A DNA stretch of 64,000 bases from Alphaproteobacteria bacterium (GCA_017427715.1 JAFRSF010000026.1:6-64005); one strand, 5' to 3'; positions 55,845-64,000 are shown, counted from the first letter of the stretch. A program made the numbers and translations. The notes: a model not told the origin generated them from the sequence alone.

Positions 55845-56083
55845 TCCTCTTTGCCATCAAATTTTATATCCGCGGATCCCTTGAAGTCCTTTGGAATGTC
55901 ATATCCAATCTTGCGCAGCAATGCAACGATTTCCTTTTCTGTGCGACCATCTTCGATCCAACAATATGCATTGCTTTCTCTGGCATCGCGACCAAGCGCA
56001 CGACAAATTCTGCCTATGCCTGCATATGTTTCTATTTCATGATAAAATGCTGCCAAATATATGTTTTTCTTTTTTCTGATCAT
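55841..56083 (-). CDS. Hypothetical small protein
   Basis: An 80-aa ORF lying 3 nt downstream of the int stop. Confidence 0.4.
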   Translation of the reverse strand: MIRKKKNIYLAAFYHEIETYAGIGRICRALGRDARESNAYCWIEDGRTEKEIVALLRKIGYDIPKDFKGSADIKFDGKED

Positions 56084-56086
56084 GAT

Positions 56087-57337
56087 TTATCCCTCTTGTT
56101 GACATATGGTTTGTGTAATATGATTCACTGCTTTGAATGCTTGTGCATCTGCCAAATGCGTATACATTTCCGTAGTCGTTATTTTGCTGTGTCCGGCAAC
56201 ATCTTTCAGTGCTGTTATACTTTCGCCCATGTTGGCACCCATGGTAATGAATGAATGTCGTAAATCATGGATGCGCATATGTGGCAATCCAGCATCTTTC
56301 AATGCCCATTCAAAAGGTTTTCGAACATTGTCCACCGATTTGTTTTTATCCAATATCCCAGGGAATACAAATTTGCTGCCGATCAATTCTGCCTCTTTCA
56401 TTGCAAATTCCAATTCTTTTATTGCATCATCTGATAGCATCACATCTCTTGGCCCAGTTTTACTATCTTTCAAGTGGATTTTCTTTTCTGGCAATGATAC
56501 CTCATCCATTTCCAAATCCCGAATTTCTGAACAACGACATCCGGTCAATGCCAAAACTTTTAATACCCGGAATAATCTTGGATGCATTCTTGATTTTGCC
56601 GGGCCATTATCCAATGATTTGAACAGTCGTTTATATCCATCCAAATCCAATACTGTGGCTCTATATTTTGGCCCATGACCTTTTTTAATAAATCCACATA
56701 AATTTGATCGTCTTGGCATATATCCATATGATTCACACCAATCCCAAAAATTTGATAACAACGACAATATTTTATTCGCGGTTGAAAAGGATGTTTTCTT
56801 GGCCCATTCGGTATATGCATCCATGATATCTCTTTCTGTAAGATCTTCCAAATATCTTTTTCCAAATACCGGTCTTAAATACAATCTGAAATGCAATTGA
56901 TTTAATTGCTGCGTACTTGGTTTTTTGTGTACAGATGCATACTTGTCCATATAAACCGCGAAAGCGTTTTCAAATATTTTCTCTTGTGCATTACGGATCA
57001 ATCCTTTCGCCGTTTCTGTGGCATCATCATTTGTTGCTGTGCCTCTTACTGTGGCTAATACTTTGTTTTTAAGTATCATTGCGCGGATGTCTTTGGCTCT
57101 TTTATAAACTTCCCCCACATCCACAAAATCGGCCCATTTGCCCAGCATTAAAGTTTTTCTTTCATGACCTGTTCCTACTCTGCAATTAAGAAAAAAACTG
57201 ATCCCTTTGGTTTTTGCATAATATCTTAACTGCAGGCCCGGAATGGTTCCATCCATAATTTGCAGATTCACATCGGATTTTAATTGTGCAATCCATGAAT
57301 CCTTAAAAATTCTTCTTTTGCATTTCCATTCAGTCAT
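56087..57337 (-). CDS. int: Tyrosine integrase, P4-like (N-terminal arm-binding domain)
   Basis: GLQLRYYAKTKGISFFL at the N-terminus, and the catalytic region TGCRCSEIRDL...HDLRHSFIT...GHSKITTTEMYTH. The ATG at 57337 has an AAGAGG Shine-Dalgarno. Confidence 0.9.
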   Translation of the reverse strand: MTEWKCKRRIFKDSWIAQLKSDVNLQIMDGTIPGLQLRYYAKTKGISFFLNCRVGTGHERKTLMLGKWADFVDVGEVYKRAKDIRAMILKNKVLATVRGTATNDDATETAKGLIRNAQEKIFENAFAVYMDKYASVHKKPSTQQLNQLHFRLYLRPVFGKRYLEDLTERDIMDAYTEWAKKTSFSTANKILSLLSNFWDWCESYGYMPRRSNLCGFIKKGHGPKYRATVLDLDGYKRLFKSLDNGPAKSRMHPRLFRVLKVLALTGCRCSEIRDLEMDEVSLPEKKIHLKDSKTGPRDVMLSDDAIKELEFAMKEAELIGSKFVFPGILDKNKSVDNVRKPFEWALKDAGLPHMRIHDLRHSFITMGANMGESITALKDVAGHSKITTTEMYTHLADAQAFKAVNHITQTICQQEG

Positions 57338-57418
57338 TTTGCATACCTCTTTGTTGCGACACACACACTGCCATTAAAAAACTAAAAAGCAAGTAAAAAG
57401 AACGGGTTGTGCGATTTT

Positions 57419-57607
57419 TTATAATTCATCATTGAACCGGTTCAGCCATTCTTCAACATCTTCTTTTCTGTACCGGATCAATTTTTCCCCAAAACGCAAA
57501 TATTTTGGTCCAATCCCCAGTTTTCTATATCTGGCGATGCTGTATTCGGATATTCCAATAATTTTTGCAACTTGTTTTGGTGTTAACAATGGTTCTTTTG
57601 GATTCAT
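57419..57607 (-). CDS. alpA: AlpA-family HTH regulator/excisionase
   Basis: LTPKQVAKIIGISEYSIARYRKLGIGPKYLRFGEKLIRYRKEDVEEWL. I chose the ATG at 57607. Confidence 0.8.
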   Translation of the reverse strand: MNPKEPLLTPKQVAKIIGISEYSIARYRKLGIGPKYLRFGEKLIRYRKEDVEEWLNRFNDEL

Positions 57608-57829
57608 GATGTGTCCTTTTGGTTTGTTGTACATTTTTTATGGTATGGATAAAATCGGATTTTTCTATTCACAAATATCTAAAAATATCTACATTGTTTT
57701 TTATAAATCGTTCTTCAAATCTGGTGTGTTATTTTTGATTTCATATAAGAACCATTTTCAAAATCGGATAAATAATCGGCATTTGTTTCATATTTGAAAT
57801 CGTGAATGATATCCACAGGCATTTTTATA

Positions 57830-57858
57830 TTGACATCAGAAATGATTTCATATAAAAT
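57830..57858 (+). promoter_or_regulatory. Near-consensus sigma70 promoter (TTGACA-N17-TAAAAT) reading toward the tRNA-Asn 3' half
   Basis: Read directly from the sequence. No plausible ORF lies downstream, and the next terminator is at 58043-58065. Confidence 0.55.
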
Positions 57859-57992
57859 ATCATGTGCTATATGGCTGGCTCAGACATGTTTTTCGGGTGA
57901 GGCGCACTAATCCGCACACTAAAAACATGTTAAGAACGGGAAACCGGCGGAACCTGTGGCTTACAGCAGATTTTTTGATTTTATCATTAGGT

Positions 57993-58037
57993 CTGTTAAT
58001 CCATGTGTCGTTGGTTCGAGCCCAACTGCCGGAGCCA
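57993..58037 (+). pseudogene. tRNA-Asn 3' half (anticodon loop to CCA) on the plus strand
   Basis: CTGTTAA-TCCAT-GTGTC-GTTGG-TTCGAGC-CCAAC-TGCCGGA-G-CCA. The upstream sequence (TAGGT) cannot form the anticodon stem, and no 5' half lies on this strand. Confidence 0.9.
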
Positions 58038-58042
58038 GAATT

Positions 58043-58065
58043 TCCGCGGTTTCCGCGGATTTTTT
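58043..58065 (+). terminator. Intrinsic terminator immediately after the tRNA 3' half
   Basis: TCCGCGG-ttt-CCGCGGA followed by T6. Confidence 0.75.
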
Positions 58066-58306
58066 ATACAATAATTTTGCGGCAATCTGTTCCGGCATAT
58101 AAAGTTTTTGAACATAAAAAAATGATCATGATTTTTCATCAAATTTTTAAGAAAAAAATGCACCAGATTTTTTCTGTGCGACTGGGTTTTTGGTGTTACT
58201 TTGTGCGACTTTATCAAAAAATGGGGCAAGAAATAGCCATTTCTAGCCAGGAAAATTACTTGCTGATGATATCACAATGATATCAGAAATGGCAAAATTT
58301 AGACAT

Positions 58307-58334
58307 AAAAAAACCGCAGATTCCTGCGACTTTT
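58307..58334. terminator. Bidirectional hairpin terminator (stronger on the minus strand)
   Basis: A7-CGCAG-attc-CTGCG-ACTTTT. On the minus strand the stem is followed by T7. It lies ~45 nt downstream of the tRNA 5' half. Confidence 0.45.
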
Positions 58335-58374
58335 AGAAACATTTCAAAACATGTTTTTCAAAACCCGGTCAATT

Positions 58375-58412
58375 TTAACAGTCCATTGCTCTACCGACTG
58401 AGCTATGCCGGA
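58375..58412 (-). pseudogene. tRNA-Asn 5' half (acceptor strand to anticodon loop) on the minus strand, with its own promoter
   Basis: TCCGGCA-TA-GCTCAGTCGGTAGAGC-A-ATGGA-CTGTTAA, then non-tRNA sequence (AATTGACC...). The acceptor strand is complementary to TGCCGGA of the 3' half at 58027-58033. The upstream TTGACTT...TATTATAT region matches that of the intact tRNA-Asn at 9227. Confidence 0.9.
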
Positions 58413-58515
58413 ATGACAGCGCATATAATATACCCCTGAACCACATAAGTCAAGTATTTTGTGTGGGTTAATCAAAAGAATTTTCAACATTCCCACAATT
58501 CTGCCTTGTTGTTTG

Positions 58516-59676
58516 TCATTTTGATCTGTATTTTAATCCAACAAACACCAGCGAATCCACCATCAGTGCTATTGAATATGCGGCAAGCAATGCCCAATAT
58601 GGCGAAGTGATGTCGGCCAGGTATCCGATAAATATCGCCGCGCCGGAATAACATAAACTGCCGAAAATCGATGCAATGGACAGTGTTGTTGCGCGTATCC
58701 GGTTTGGGATTTCGTCCTGGACGATGGTGTTTATTGCTGGGCTGTGGATGCCCTCGGCCAATGGCGATGCCAGGCGCACAATCGGGGTCAAGATGCTGTT
58801 GCATAATACCGACACAATGTTCATAAAATTATCGGCAACCAATCCATATCCGGCGGTCCGACCAATACCTATCTTGCGTGCTATCCAGTTTGATAAATGT
58901 GCGCCGAAACTGTTCAATAAATGCCCCAAGGATTTGAATATGCCCAATGCCCATACAGGCACGAATTGCGATATAAATACGCTGTTGAAACTGTATGCGG
59001 ATTCATTTAATCCATAGTTCAATCCATTTCCGGTTGCGACATATCTTAACCGGCGGTTGCGCCACAGGTTCTTTATTGCGGCAATAAATTGTTTGATAAA
59101 TGATGTTTCGGACGATGTTTTGCATCTGGGTTCAACAATAGCCAAAGATAGCCCCAGCGCAATCGTCAATGGCACAATGTTTAATATAATGGCCAGACGC
59201 ATTGAATAAAAAGCAACAACAGCACCAATCAAAGACCCCATAAATAATGCGAATTGATAAAACGATGTAATCCTGGCATATATTCTGTGGTATGATTTTT
59301 TTTGTTTCGTGTCGCACAAACTGTCGTATAACAATGCATCGTTGTTTCCGCTGGCCAGCGCATCTGATGCCCCACCGATTATTGCGCCAAGTAATAATGG
59401 CACAAAACTGTATGACATTGCCCAGATAACAAAGCATAACAGTCGTGTAATCGCGCCCAGGACCATTATGTTCTTGCGCCCAATTCTGTCCGATATAATG
59501 CCAAACGGTATTTCCAGCAACGAACAAGATATGCTTTGCGCGGCATATATCGTCATGGACAGTGCATAATTGTCCAATACAGAATTAAAAAACAAAACCA
59601 AAATTGGCGATGAAAATATAAAATAACTGAAAAAATTAAACCATCGCAAAAACTTTGGGTTGTCCTTGGTATTCAT
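58516..59676 (-). CDS. MFS transporter
   Basis: It has multiple TM segments and the MFS motif A, SDRIGRKN. Confidence 0.8.
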   Translation of the reverse strand: MNTKDNPKFLRWFNFFSYFIFSSPILVLFFNSVLDNYALSMTIYAAQSISCSLLEIPFGIISDRIGRKNIMVLGAITRLLCFVIWAMSYSFVPLLLGAIIGGASDALASGNNDALLYDSLCDTKQKKSYHRIYARITSFYQFALFMGSLIGAVVAFYSMRLAIILNIVPLTIALGLSLAIVEPRCKTSSETSFIKQFIAAIKNLWRNRRLRYVATGNGLNYGLNESAYSFNSVFISQFVPVWALGIFKSLGHLLNSFGAHLSNWIARKIGIGRTAGYGLVADNFMNIVSVLCNSILTPIVRLASPLAEGIHSPAINTIVQDEIPNRIRATTLSIASIFGSLCYSGAAIFIGYLADITSPYWALLAAYSIALMVDSLVFVGLKYRSK

Positions 59677-59832
59677 ATTTATTCCTGTAATTTGTCTTAG
59701 GAATTATAGCATATTTTTCATTGGGAATAAATTGTAATTTATGCGCCGCGAACCGGCGTGGCACAGAAACATTGTAAATACTTTGCTCCGTTCGAACCCA
59801 CCGAGGCAGTTTTGGTTTAAAATATCTTCATG

Positions 59833-60672
59833 TTATGCGATAAAACTTTTACGATTTGTTATAAACCATTTAATCAGTAAATTTTTATCTGATTCCGATA
59901 TACGTTTGGGATCAATGGCATAACAAAAATGATCTAAAATATGCCAATGAATAAAAATAAGTTTATCTTCGTAAGTATCAAATTTATGTTCCTTTAACAT
60001 TTGCATTTTATAATCCAGCATCTTGATTCTGGACAGAACTTTTTTGTGCGACAGTTTTTGTGCATCCAACGATCCAGGTCTTTGAACATAATGATAGCAC
60101 GTATCATCTATGGTTGTGATTTTATTGGTATGTAATACAAGATTTGATAAAAATACAGCATCTTGACCTGTGATAACATTTTCGGGATATAGTATATTAT
60201 TGTCTAATAAAAACTTTTTGTTATACATTGCAGAACAATGTTCAGAACCAAAATATAAATAGTTTCTTTTTACAAGTTCGTGGGTTTTCCAGAATTTATC
60301 ACCAACTTTAAATTTTGCCTTGGCCACATCAGACTTATGTTCTGTTATATTTTTATATAATTTTTCGATAAAATCGTTATCAATAAAATCATCTGGATCC
60401 AGAAAACATACATATTTTCCATGAGATTTTTTTAATCCATAATTCCTTGCATAACCTGCGCCATGATTTTTGGCAAGTTTATATAAACTTATGCGTTTAT
60501 CAGATTTCATAAATTCACGAATTTTTTTAACAGTATTATCTGTTGATTTATCATCAACACAAATTATTTCAATATCTTTTAGTGTTTGGCTGCGTAAAGA
60601 AGCGAACATATTATCCATATAATCCGCAACATTATAACATGGCAATATAACAGAAACTTTCGGCATATTCAT
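59833..60672 (-). CDS. Family 2 glycosyltransferase
   Basis: VSVILPCYNVADYM...IICVDDKSTDNT...FLDPDD. Confidence 0.85.
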   Translation of the reverse strand: MNMPKVSVILPCYNVADYMDNMFASLRSQTLKDIEIICVDDKSTDNTVKKIREFMKSDKRISLYKLAKNHGAGYARNYGLKKSHGKYVCFLDPDDFIDNDFIEKLYKNITEHKSDVAKAKFKVGDKFWKTHELVKRNYLYFGSEHCSAMYNKKFLLDNNILYPENVITGQDAVFLSNLVLHTNKITTIDDTCYHYVQRPGSLDAQKLSHKKVLSRIKMLDYKMQMLKEHKFDTYEDKLIFIHWHILDHFCYAIDPKRISESDKNLLIKWFITNRKSFIA

Positions 60673-60756
60673 ATATCATCCTTTTAAATCGACTTTTATT
60701 ATATCATATCCTAGATTTTTATGGTATATTATATTCTGTTATCAAAAAGGTAAAAT

Positions 60757-61287
60757 ATGAAAATTGGTAATAAAATTATTATTATGGGTGGGTCTTATTC
60801 TGGTAAATCAACAATGGCGGAAAATTTAAGCAAGAAATTTGATTTGCCTGTTGTGTATCTGGATTTGTATGACCCGTATGCTGTGCCACAAGGTAAAGAA
60901 CGCGATACAAGAAAAAAGAAAATAAACCGTATTATTCAACAAACTGTTGCAAAGGATGCATGGATAATTGAAGGAATCTATGAATGGTATGCTTTTGATG
61001 AACGGCTGGATAATGCGGATACTTTAATATTGTTGTTGGCGCCAGCGTATAAAAGAATTTGGTGTTATTTGAAAACCTGTATCACAAAAACAAAACGACA
61101 TGGTCGCCAGGGGTTTTCTGCGAAGAACTTTAGATGGAATCATATTTGGTATATGTTAAGAAAACATGATGCACCATACGATTTAATTGACAAAGCAATT
61201 AAAAACCACCCACAGTTGCAAATTGTTAAATTGAAATCTTATACAGAAGCAAACGAATTTTTGAAATCTGTAAAGTTAAAAGATTAA
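60757..61287 (+). CDS. P-loop NTPase (adenylate-kinase/topology-modulation FlaR-like)
   Basis: Walker A motif GGSYSGKST; 176 aa. Confidence 0.6.
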   Translation: MKIGNKIIIMGGSYSGKSTMAENLSKKFDLPVVYLDLYDPYAVPQGKERDTRKKKINRIIQQTVAKDAWIIEGIYEWYAFDERLDNADTLILLLAPAYKRIWCYLKTCITKTKRHGRQGFSAKNFRWNHIWYMLRKHDAPYDLIDKAIKNHPQLQIVKLKSYTEANEFLKSVKLKD

Positions 61288-61307
61288 CAAGATAACCATT
61301 TCTCTTT

Positions 61308-61546
61308 AAACTCTTTTACTGTTCGCGGCTATTGACCAATGAATGTAACTTGTTCAAGAACGCTCTTTCCTTTACTGCGGTCAATTTCTGTATTCCCTCT
61401 GCCATTTTAATAGCATTAACAGCTGGCTGTTTGCTAACATCTTCATATATTTGTTTTGCACAATTTTCTGATATTTTCAGCACCTTGCCATCTGAATCTT
61501 TTAAACGGTGAGTTATATTGTTCGCGAATTTTTCTCGGTTTGCGGG
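61308..61546 (-). pseudogene. Truncated duplicate of the 3' half of gene 62172..62612 (direct repeat copy 1)
   Basis: It is near-identical over ~239 bp to 62164-62403, with only a handful of substitutions. It lacks the N-terminal coding part and a start codon. Confidence 0.75.
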
Positions 61547-61556
61547 TCTATGATCC

Positions 61557-62165
61557 TTATCTATGTTGCCCGTATGGGGTCACCATAAAACAACGCAGAG
61601 CATCATTATAATGCGGGGCAAATCCATTTTTTTCGAATGTGTCCATCCACCATTGCCGTGGCTGGATAAGGCGCGGTTTATTACAAGTGGTCAATTCATC
61701 GCCATTGGCCTTAGCCGCATCAACATCTTCGGTCGTGTTATGTATCGCGCAAAGCATCTTGCTCTGGCGGAATTTATCCAAAACTTGCGCCAACTCATCT
61801 TCGGTAAAATAAGTCAATGTGCCGTTACAGAACACCAAATCCGCAATAATCGGTTCGCTGTCCAGTATGGATTTAATCTGTATTTTCCCATTTTTAAATA
61901 ATTCGTCATAACAACTGCATTGATACGGGTATTTTTTTATATCTATGCCACGCGCGTCCATGCCAGCCCTTTGTGCACGCCAAACAATAACCCCGGTGGC
62001 CGCGCCGCAATCAAAGAAAGTTTTGGGCGGCTGCCCAAATGTATTTGCAAATTCCGCCGCCAACATTTCGGGGGGTATTGAAAACATGGTCCAAAGGCCA
62101 TCTGTATCGCGATAGTTATAATGCAAATATGGATATTTTTGATAATAATAATGTGACACTTCCAA
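61557..62165 (-). CDS. Class I SAM-dependent methyltransferase
   Basis: Motif I FFDCGAATGVIV, then GIDI...VFCNGTLTYF. Confidence 0.65.
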   Translation of the reverse strand: MEVSHYYYQKYPYLHYNYRDTDGLWTMFSIPPEMLAAEFANTFGQPPKTFFDCGAATGVIVWRAQRAGMDARGIDIKKYPYQCSCYDELFKNGKIQIKSILDSEPIIADLVFCNGTLTYFTEDELAQVLDKFRQSKMLCAIHNTTEDVDAAKANGDELTTCNKPRLIQPRQWWMDTFEKNGFAPHYNDALRCFMVTPYGQHR

Positions 62166-62171
62166 ACTCTT

Positions 62172-62612
62172 TTACTGTTCGCGGCTATTTACCAATGAAT
62201 GTAACTTATTCAAGAACGCTCTTTCCTTTACTGCGGTCAATTTCTGTATTCCCTCTGCCGTTTTAATAGCATTAACAGATGGCTGTTTGCTAACATCTTC
62301 ATATATTTGTTTTGCACAATTTTCTGATATTTCCAGCACCTTGCCATCTGAATCTTTTAAACGGTGAGTTATATTGTTCGCGAATTTTTCTCGGTTTGTG
62401 GTCCTGCACCATTTAGTAACTTTAAAAACAGGTTCTGTACCGTTTATAACTGAATAACTATAGGTGATGGTGCCAAATGGTATGTCTATTTGATTCACTT
62501 TAAAGTGTTCTGTGGCCTCTATAGTGCGCTCTTTTACAACATATACAGACGGATTTTCTAATAACAATTGAACTGTTTTAATCAAATCTTCTGCATAATT
62601 ATCTTCTGCCAT
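62172..62612 (-). CDS. Hypothetical protein (its 3' half is duplicated at 61308-61546)
   Basis: A 146-aa ORF with no recognised motif. Confidence 0.5.
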   Translation of the reverse strand: MAEDNYAEDLIKTVQLLLENPSVYVVKERTIEATEHFKVNQIDIPFGTITYSYSVINGTEPVFKVTKWCRTTNREKFANNITHRLKDSDGKVLEISENCAKQIYEDVSKQPSVNAIKTAEGIQKLTAVKERAFLNKLHSLVNSREQ

Positions 62613-62624
62613 TTTATTTACCTC

Positions 62625-63227
62625 TTATCTGCTTTGGGGTTTATAAACTTTGCGCCGGGCGGCCAGTTGCTGACACGCCTGTTCGTATCCACGTAATGCT
62701 TTTTGGACTTTGGGTTCTTTAACAAAAGCATCTTTATCAAAGCCCACTTTATAATAACCATGACGATACCCATCCCCCGGGGTTTCGTATACAACATATT
62801 TGTATAAATAATCGGTTCCACTGAGGTTAATAAAACGGGATATTTTCCGACTGTAACGTGCTGAATCACGTTCTGCTGTCTTTTGTGGAATCATCACATA
62901 ATTCGCAAAATTGATTGTATCCACCGATTTTACCGCACGCGAATGCGTGGATTCCAAAACCTGTTCTGTTCCATGTTTTCGTGCTTGATCTAATTGTTCA
63001 TCCCATTCGGTTTTATAGAAAAATGCTACATATCCCGCATAAGCAGCCATTGCACCCATCATAACAATGCAAAGAATCCAAAGCCACAACGCTCCTTTAT
63101 CATCGTCACGATTGTTCCGATTGTTCCAATCTGGCAATGGCGATGAACCGGATGAACCCGACCCCCATGACTCATTAAACTTTTTTCCCCAATACCAACC
63201 AAAATTCGGGACGATAATATTATGCAT
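62625..63227 (-). CDS. Hypothetical membrane protein
   Basis: A Ser/Gly-rich N-terminus is followed by one TM segment (LWLWILCIVMMGAMAAYAGYVAFF). Confidence 0.5.
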   Translation of the reverse strand: MHNIIVPNFGWYWGKKFNESWGSGSSGSSPLPDWNNRNNRDDDKGALWLWILCIVMMGAMAAYAGYVAFFYKTEWDEQLDQARKHGTEQVLESTHSRAVKSVDTINFANYVMIPQKTAERDSARYSRKISRFINLSGTDYLYKYVVYETPGDGYRHGYYKVGFDKDAFVKEPKVQKALRGYEQACQQLAARRKVYKPQSR

Positions 63228-63255
63228 TTACTTTACCTTTTATCTGTTTTGTTGT

Positions 63256-63750
63256 TTACATTACATTTTGTAACTTATCGTATGCAATAACACCAACAGG
63301 ATTAACAATTGTTTTTTCCGATGGTTGTTCTTGGTGTGTTTTTGGTTTTTCTGCTTTTTCTAGTAGTCCATATTTATAAATAAGACCCGCACCTATCCCC
63401 GCCATCATAAGCACCAAAATTATCATGACTAGTGGACATCTTTTTTCTTGTAAATAAAACAGGTTTTCAAGTGTATAATGCAAATCATCGCCATACCATA
63501 TCATAAATTTTTGGTTGTTGTATATTATTTCATACCCCCCATCATGAACCGTTCGGGAAACCATCCTATACTCATAGTTTGGAGATGGGCTATATATTTG
63601 ATGTTCTTTATTTTTATCTATTACTTTAATGTCAATAGAATCTTTGTTGAATTTTAGACCACGTCCAAAAAACAGCCATTGGAGTGAATTTTGGTGTTGT
63701 GATAAAAATTTTACAATTTGTTCTGGTGTATCTAACAACTGTTTTTGCAT
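63256..63750 (-). CDS. Hypothetical membrane-anchored protein
   Basis: A 164-aa ORF with one C-terminal-proximal TM segment (LVMIILVLMMAGIGAGLIY). Confidence 0.5.
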   Translation of the reverse strand: MQKQLLDTPEQIVKFLSQHQNSLQWLFFGRGLKFNKDSIDIKVIDKNKEHQIYSPSPNYEYRMVSRTVHDGGYEIIYNNQKFMIWYGDDLHYTLENLFYLQEKRCPLVMIILVLMMAGIGAGLIYKYGLLEKAEKPKTHQEQPSEKTIVNPVGVIAYDKLQNVM

Positions 63751-63866
63751 TTTACAAGCCTTTTCATTGATATTTTACACCAGCACTATATTTTGTCAAG
63801 AAAAATATGGCGAAAATTTGGTCTAACTTTTGACCGAGCTCGTATAATTATGCCGAAAAATGCATT

Positions 63867-64000
63867 TTATAGATATCTGTCTTTATTCTGTAAAAGTTTA
63901 TCCAGTATATCTATTGGTATTGGTTTTCGATTATCAATATCGCCATACATCCCAAGTTCCCTGTTTATTTTGCTCGGGCTGTGATAATCGCTGCCGCCAC
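63867..64000 (-). CDS. 3' end of a gene continuing beyond the right edge (PHP-domain-like C-terminus)
   Basis: The minus-strand frame reads GGSDYHSPSKINRELGMYGDIDN...DRYL-stop. GSDxHSP resembles the last PHP-family metal-binding motif. Confidence 0.4.
   Translation of the reverse strand, partial: GGSDYHSPSKINRELGMYGDIDNRKPIPIDILDKLLQNKDRYL

Larger units (their letters stand above)
29750..57999 (-). mobile_element. Prophage (~28 kb): lambda-type head/packaging module, P2-type contractile tail, P4-type integrase/AlpA; left boundary uncertain
   Basis: A continuous minus-strand run of phage genes extends from int (57337) to the spanins (30502). The right junction lies at the tRNA-Asn anticodon-loop sequence (57993). 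The block looks more G+C-rich than its flanks, but I did not quantify this. Confidence 0.85.

Noticed and set aside
57865-58037. The idea that the promoter-driven RNA ending in a tRNA-like 3' end is a tmRNA or permuted two-piece tmRNA
   Set aside because: The acceptor and T-arm are exactly those of tRNA-Asn (CTGTTAA anticodon loop, TGCCGGA acceptor strand), not the alanine-type GGGGCUG.../...CCACCA domain. I found no tag-peptide reading frame or resume-codon context.
57864-58280. A 138-aa plus-strand ORF spanning the tRNA 3' half and its terminator, and a 77-aa minus-strand ORF at 57996..58229
   Set aside because: They run straight through a tRNA fragment and an intrinsic terminator, so coding is implausible.
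57865-58412. The idea of a Nanoarchaeum-style split tRNA or a trans-spliced group I intron in the anticodon loop
   Set aside because: The only complementarity between the two half-transcript extensions is an 11-nt AT-rich, partly palindromic motif (ACATGTTTTTC). No group I core (P3-P7, G-binding site) could be recognised. Recombinase-mediated inversion explains the inverted 7-bp cores more simply. I keep it only as a remote alternative under the main finding.
58484-59527. Minus-strand ORFs of 106 and 131 aa overlapping the MFS transporter gene in other frames
   Set aside because: They are alternative-frame artefacts inside a well-supported 386-aa MFS gene.
62618-62869. An 83-aa minus-strand ORF overlapping 62625..63227
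   Set aside because: It lies out of frame within the longer ORF, with no independent start signal.

Overview
AT-rich bacterial chromosomal window, proteobacterial in style (E. coli-like tRNA-Asn, P2/lambda-type phage modules). I saw no rRNA and no CRISPR array. Almost everything is accessory or mobile DNA. (1) 1-9151: an integrative island abutting an intact tRNA-Asn(GUU). It carries a tyrosine integrase, an AEP-type primase-polymerase, a Type III Mod-like methyltransferase whose catalytic DPPY motif reads DVLY, and a translationally coupled SF2 helicase / T5orf172 (GIY-YIG-like) operon followed by an unknown gene. This is a candidate defence cargo. (2) 9.4-28.9 kb: tightly packed blocks of mostly unknown and small-enzyme genes. 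They include four paralogous HExxH proteins (one fused to a Ulp1-like CE-clan cysteine-protease signature), four GNATs, a MYG1-family protein and two SAM-methyltransferase-type genes. A 12-kb co-directional array holds two ABC exporter half-transporters flanking an unknown gene, a 931-aa SF2 helicase, a P-loop kinase, a nucleotidyltransferase and a nucleoside phosphorylase. (3) 29.1-58.0 kb: a serine recombinase, then a promoter-to-terminator structured RNA directly upstream of a lipoprotein PLD/Nuc nuclease, then a ~28-kb prophage. The prophage has a lambda-type packaging/head module (TerS, TerL, W, portal, S49 protease, decoration protein, capsid), a P2-type contractile tail (V, W, J, I, fibre, sheath, tube, E/E' frameshift, tape measure, U, X, D), a lysis cassette with overlapped spanins, a ParB-methyltransferase, a ParE/Phd toxin-antitoxin moron and P4-type int/AlpA. 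(4) 57.8-58.4 kb, the most unusual feature: a second tRNA-Asn gene is split at the anticodon loop into two oppositely oriented halves. Each half retains CTGTTAA, and together they bound a 375-bp segment whose re-inversion would exactly restore the tRNA. A consensus promoter reads into the 3' half. (5) 58.5-64 kb: MFS transporter, GT2 glycosyltransferase, P-loop protein, a methyltransferase flanked by 239-bp direct repeats, membrane and unknown proteins, and a partial PHP-like gene at the right edge. All family calls rest on motifs read by eye; no database search was possible.
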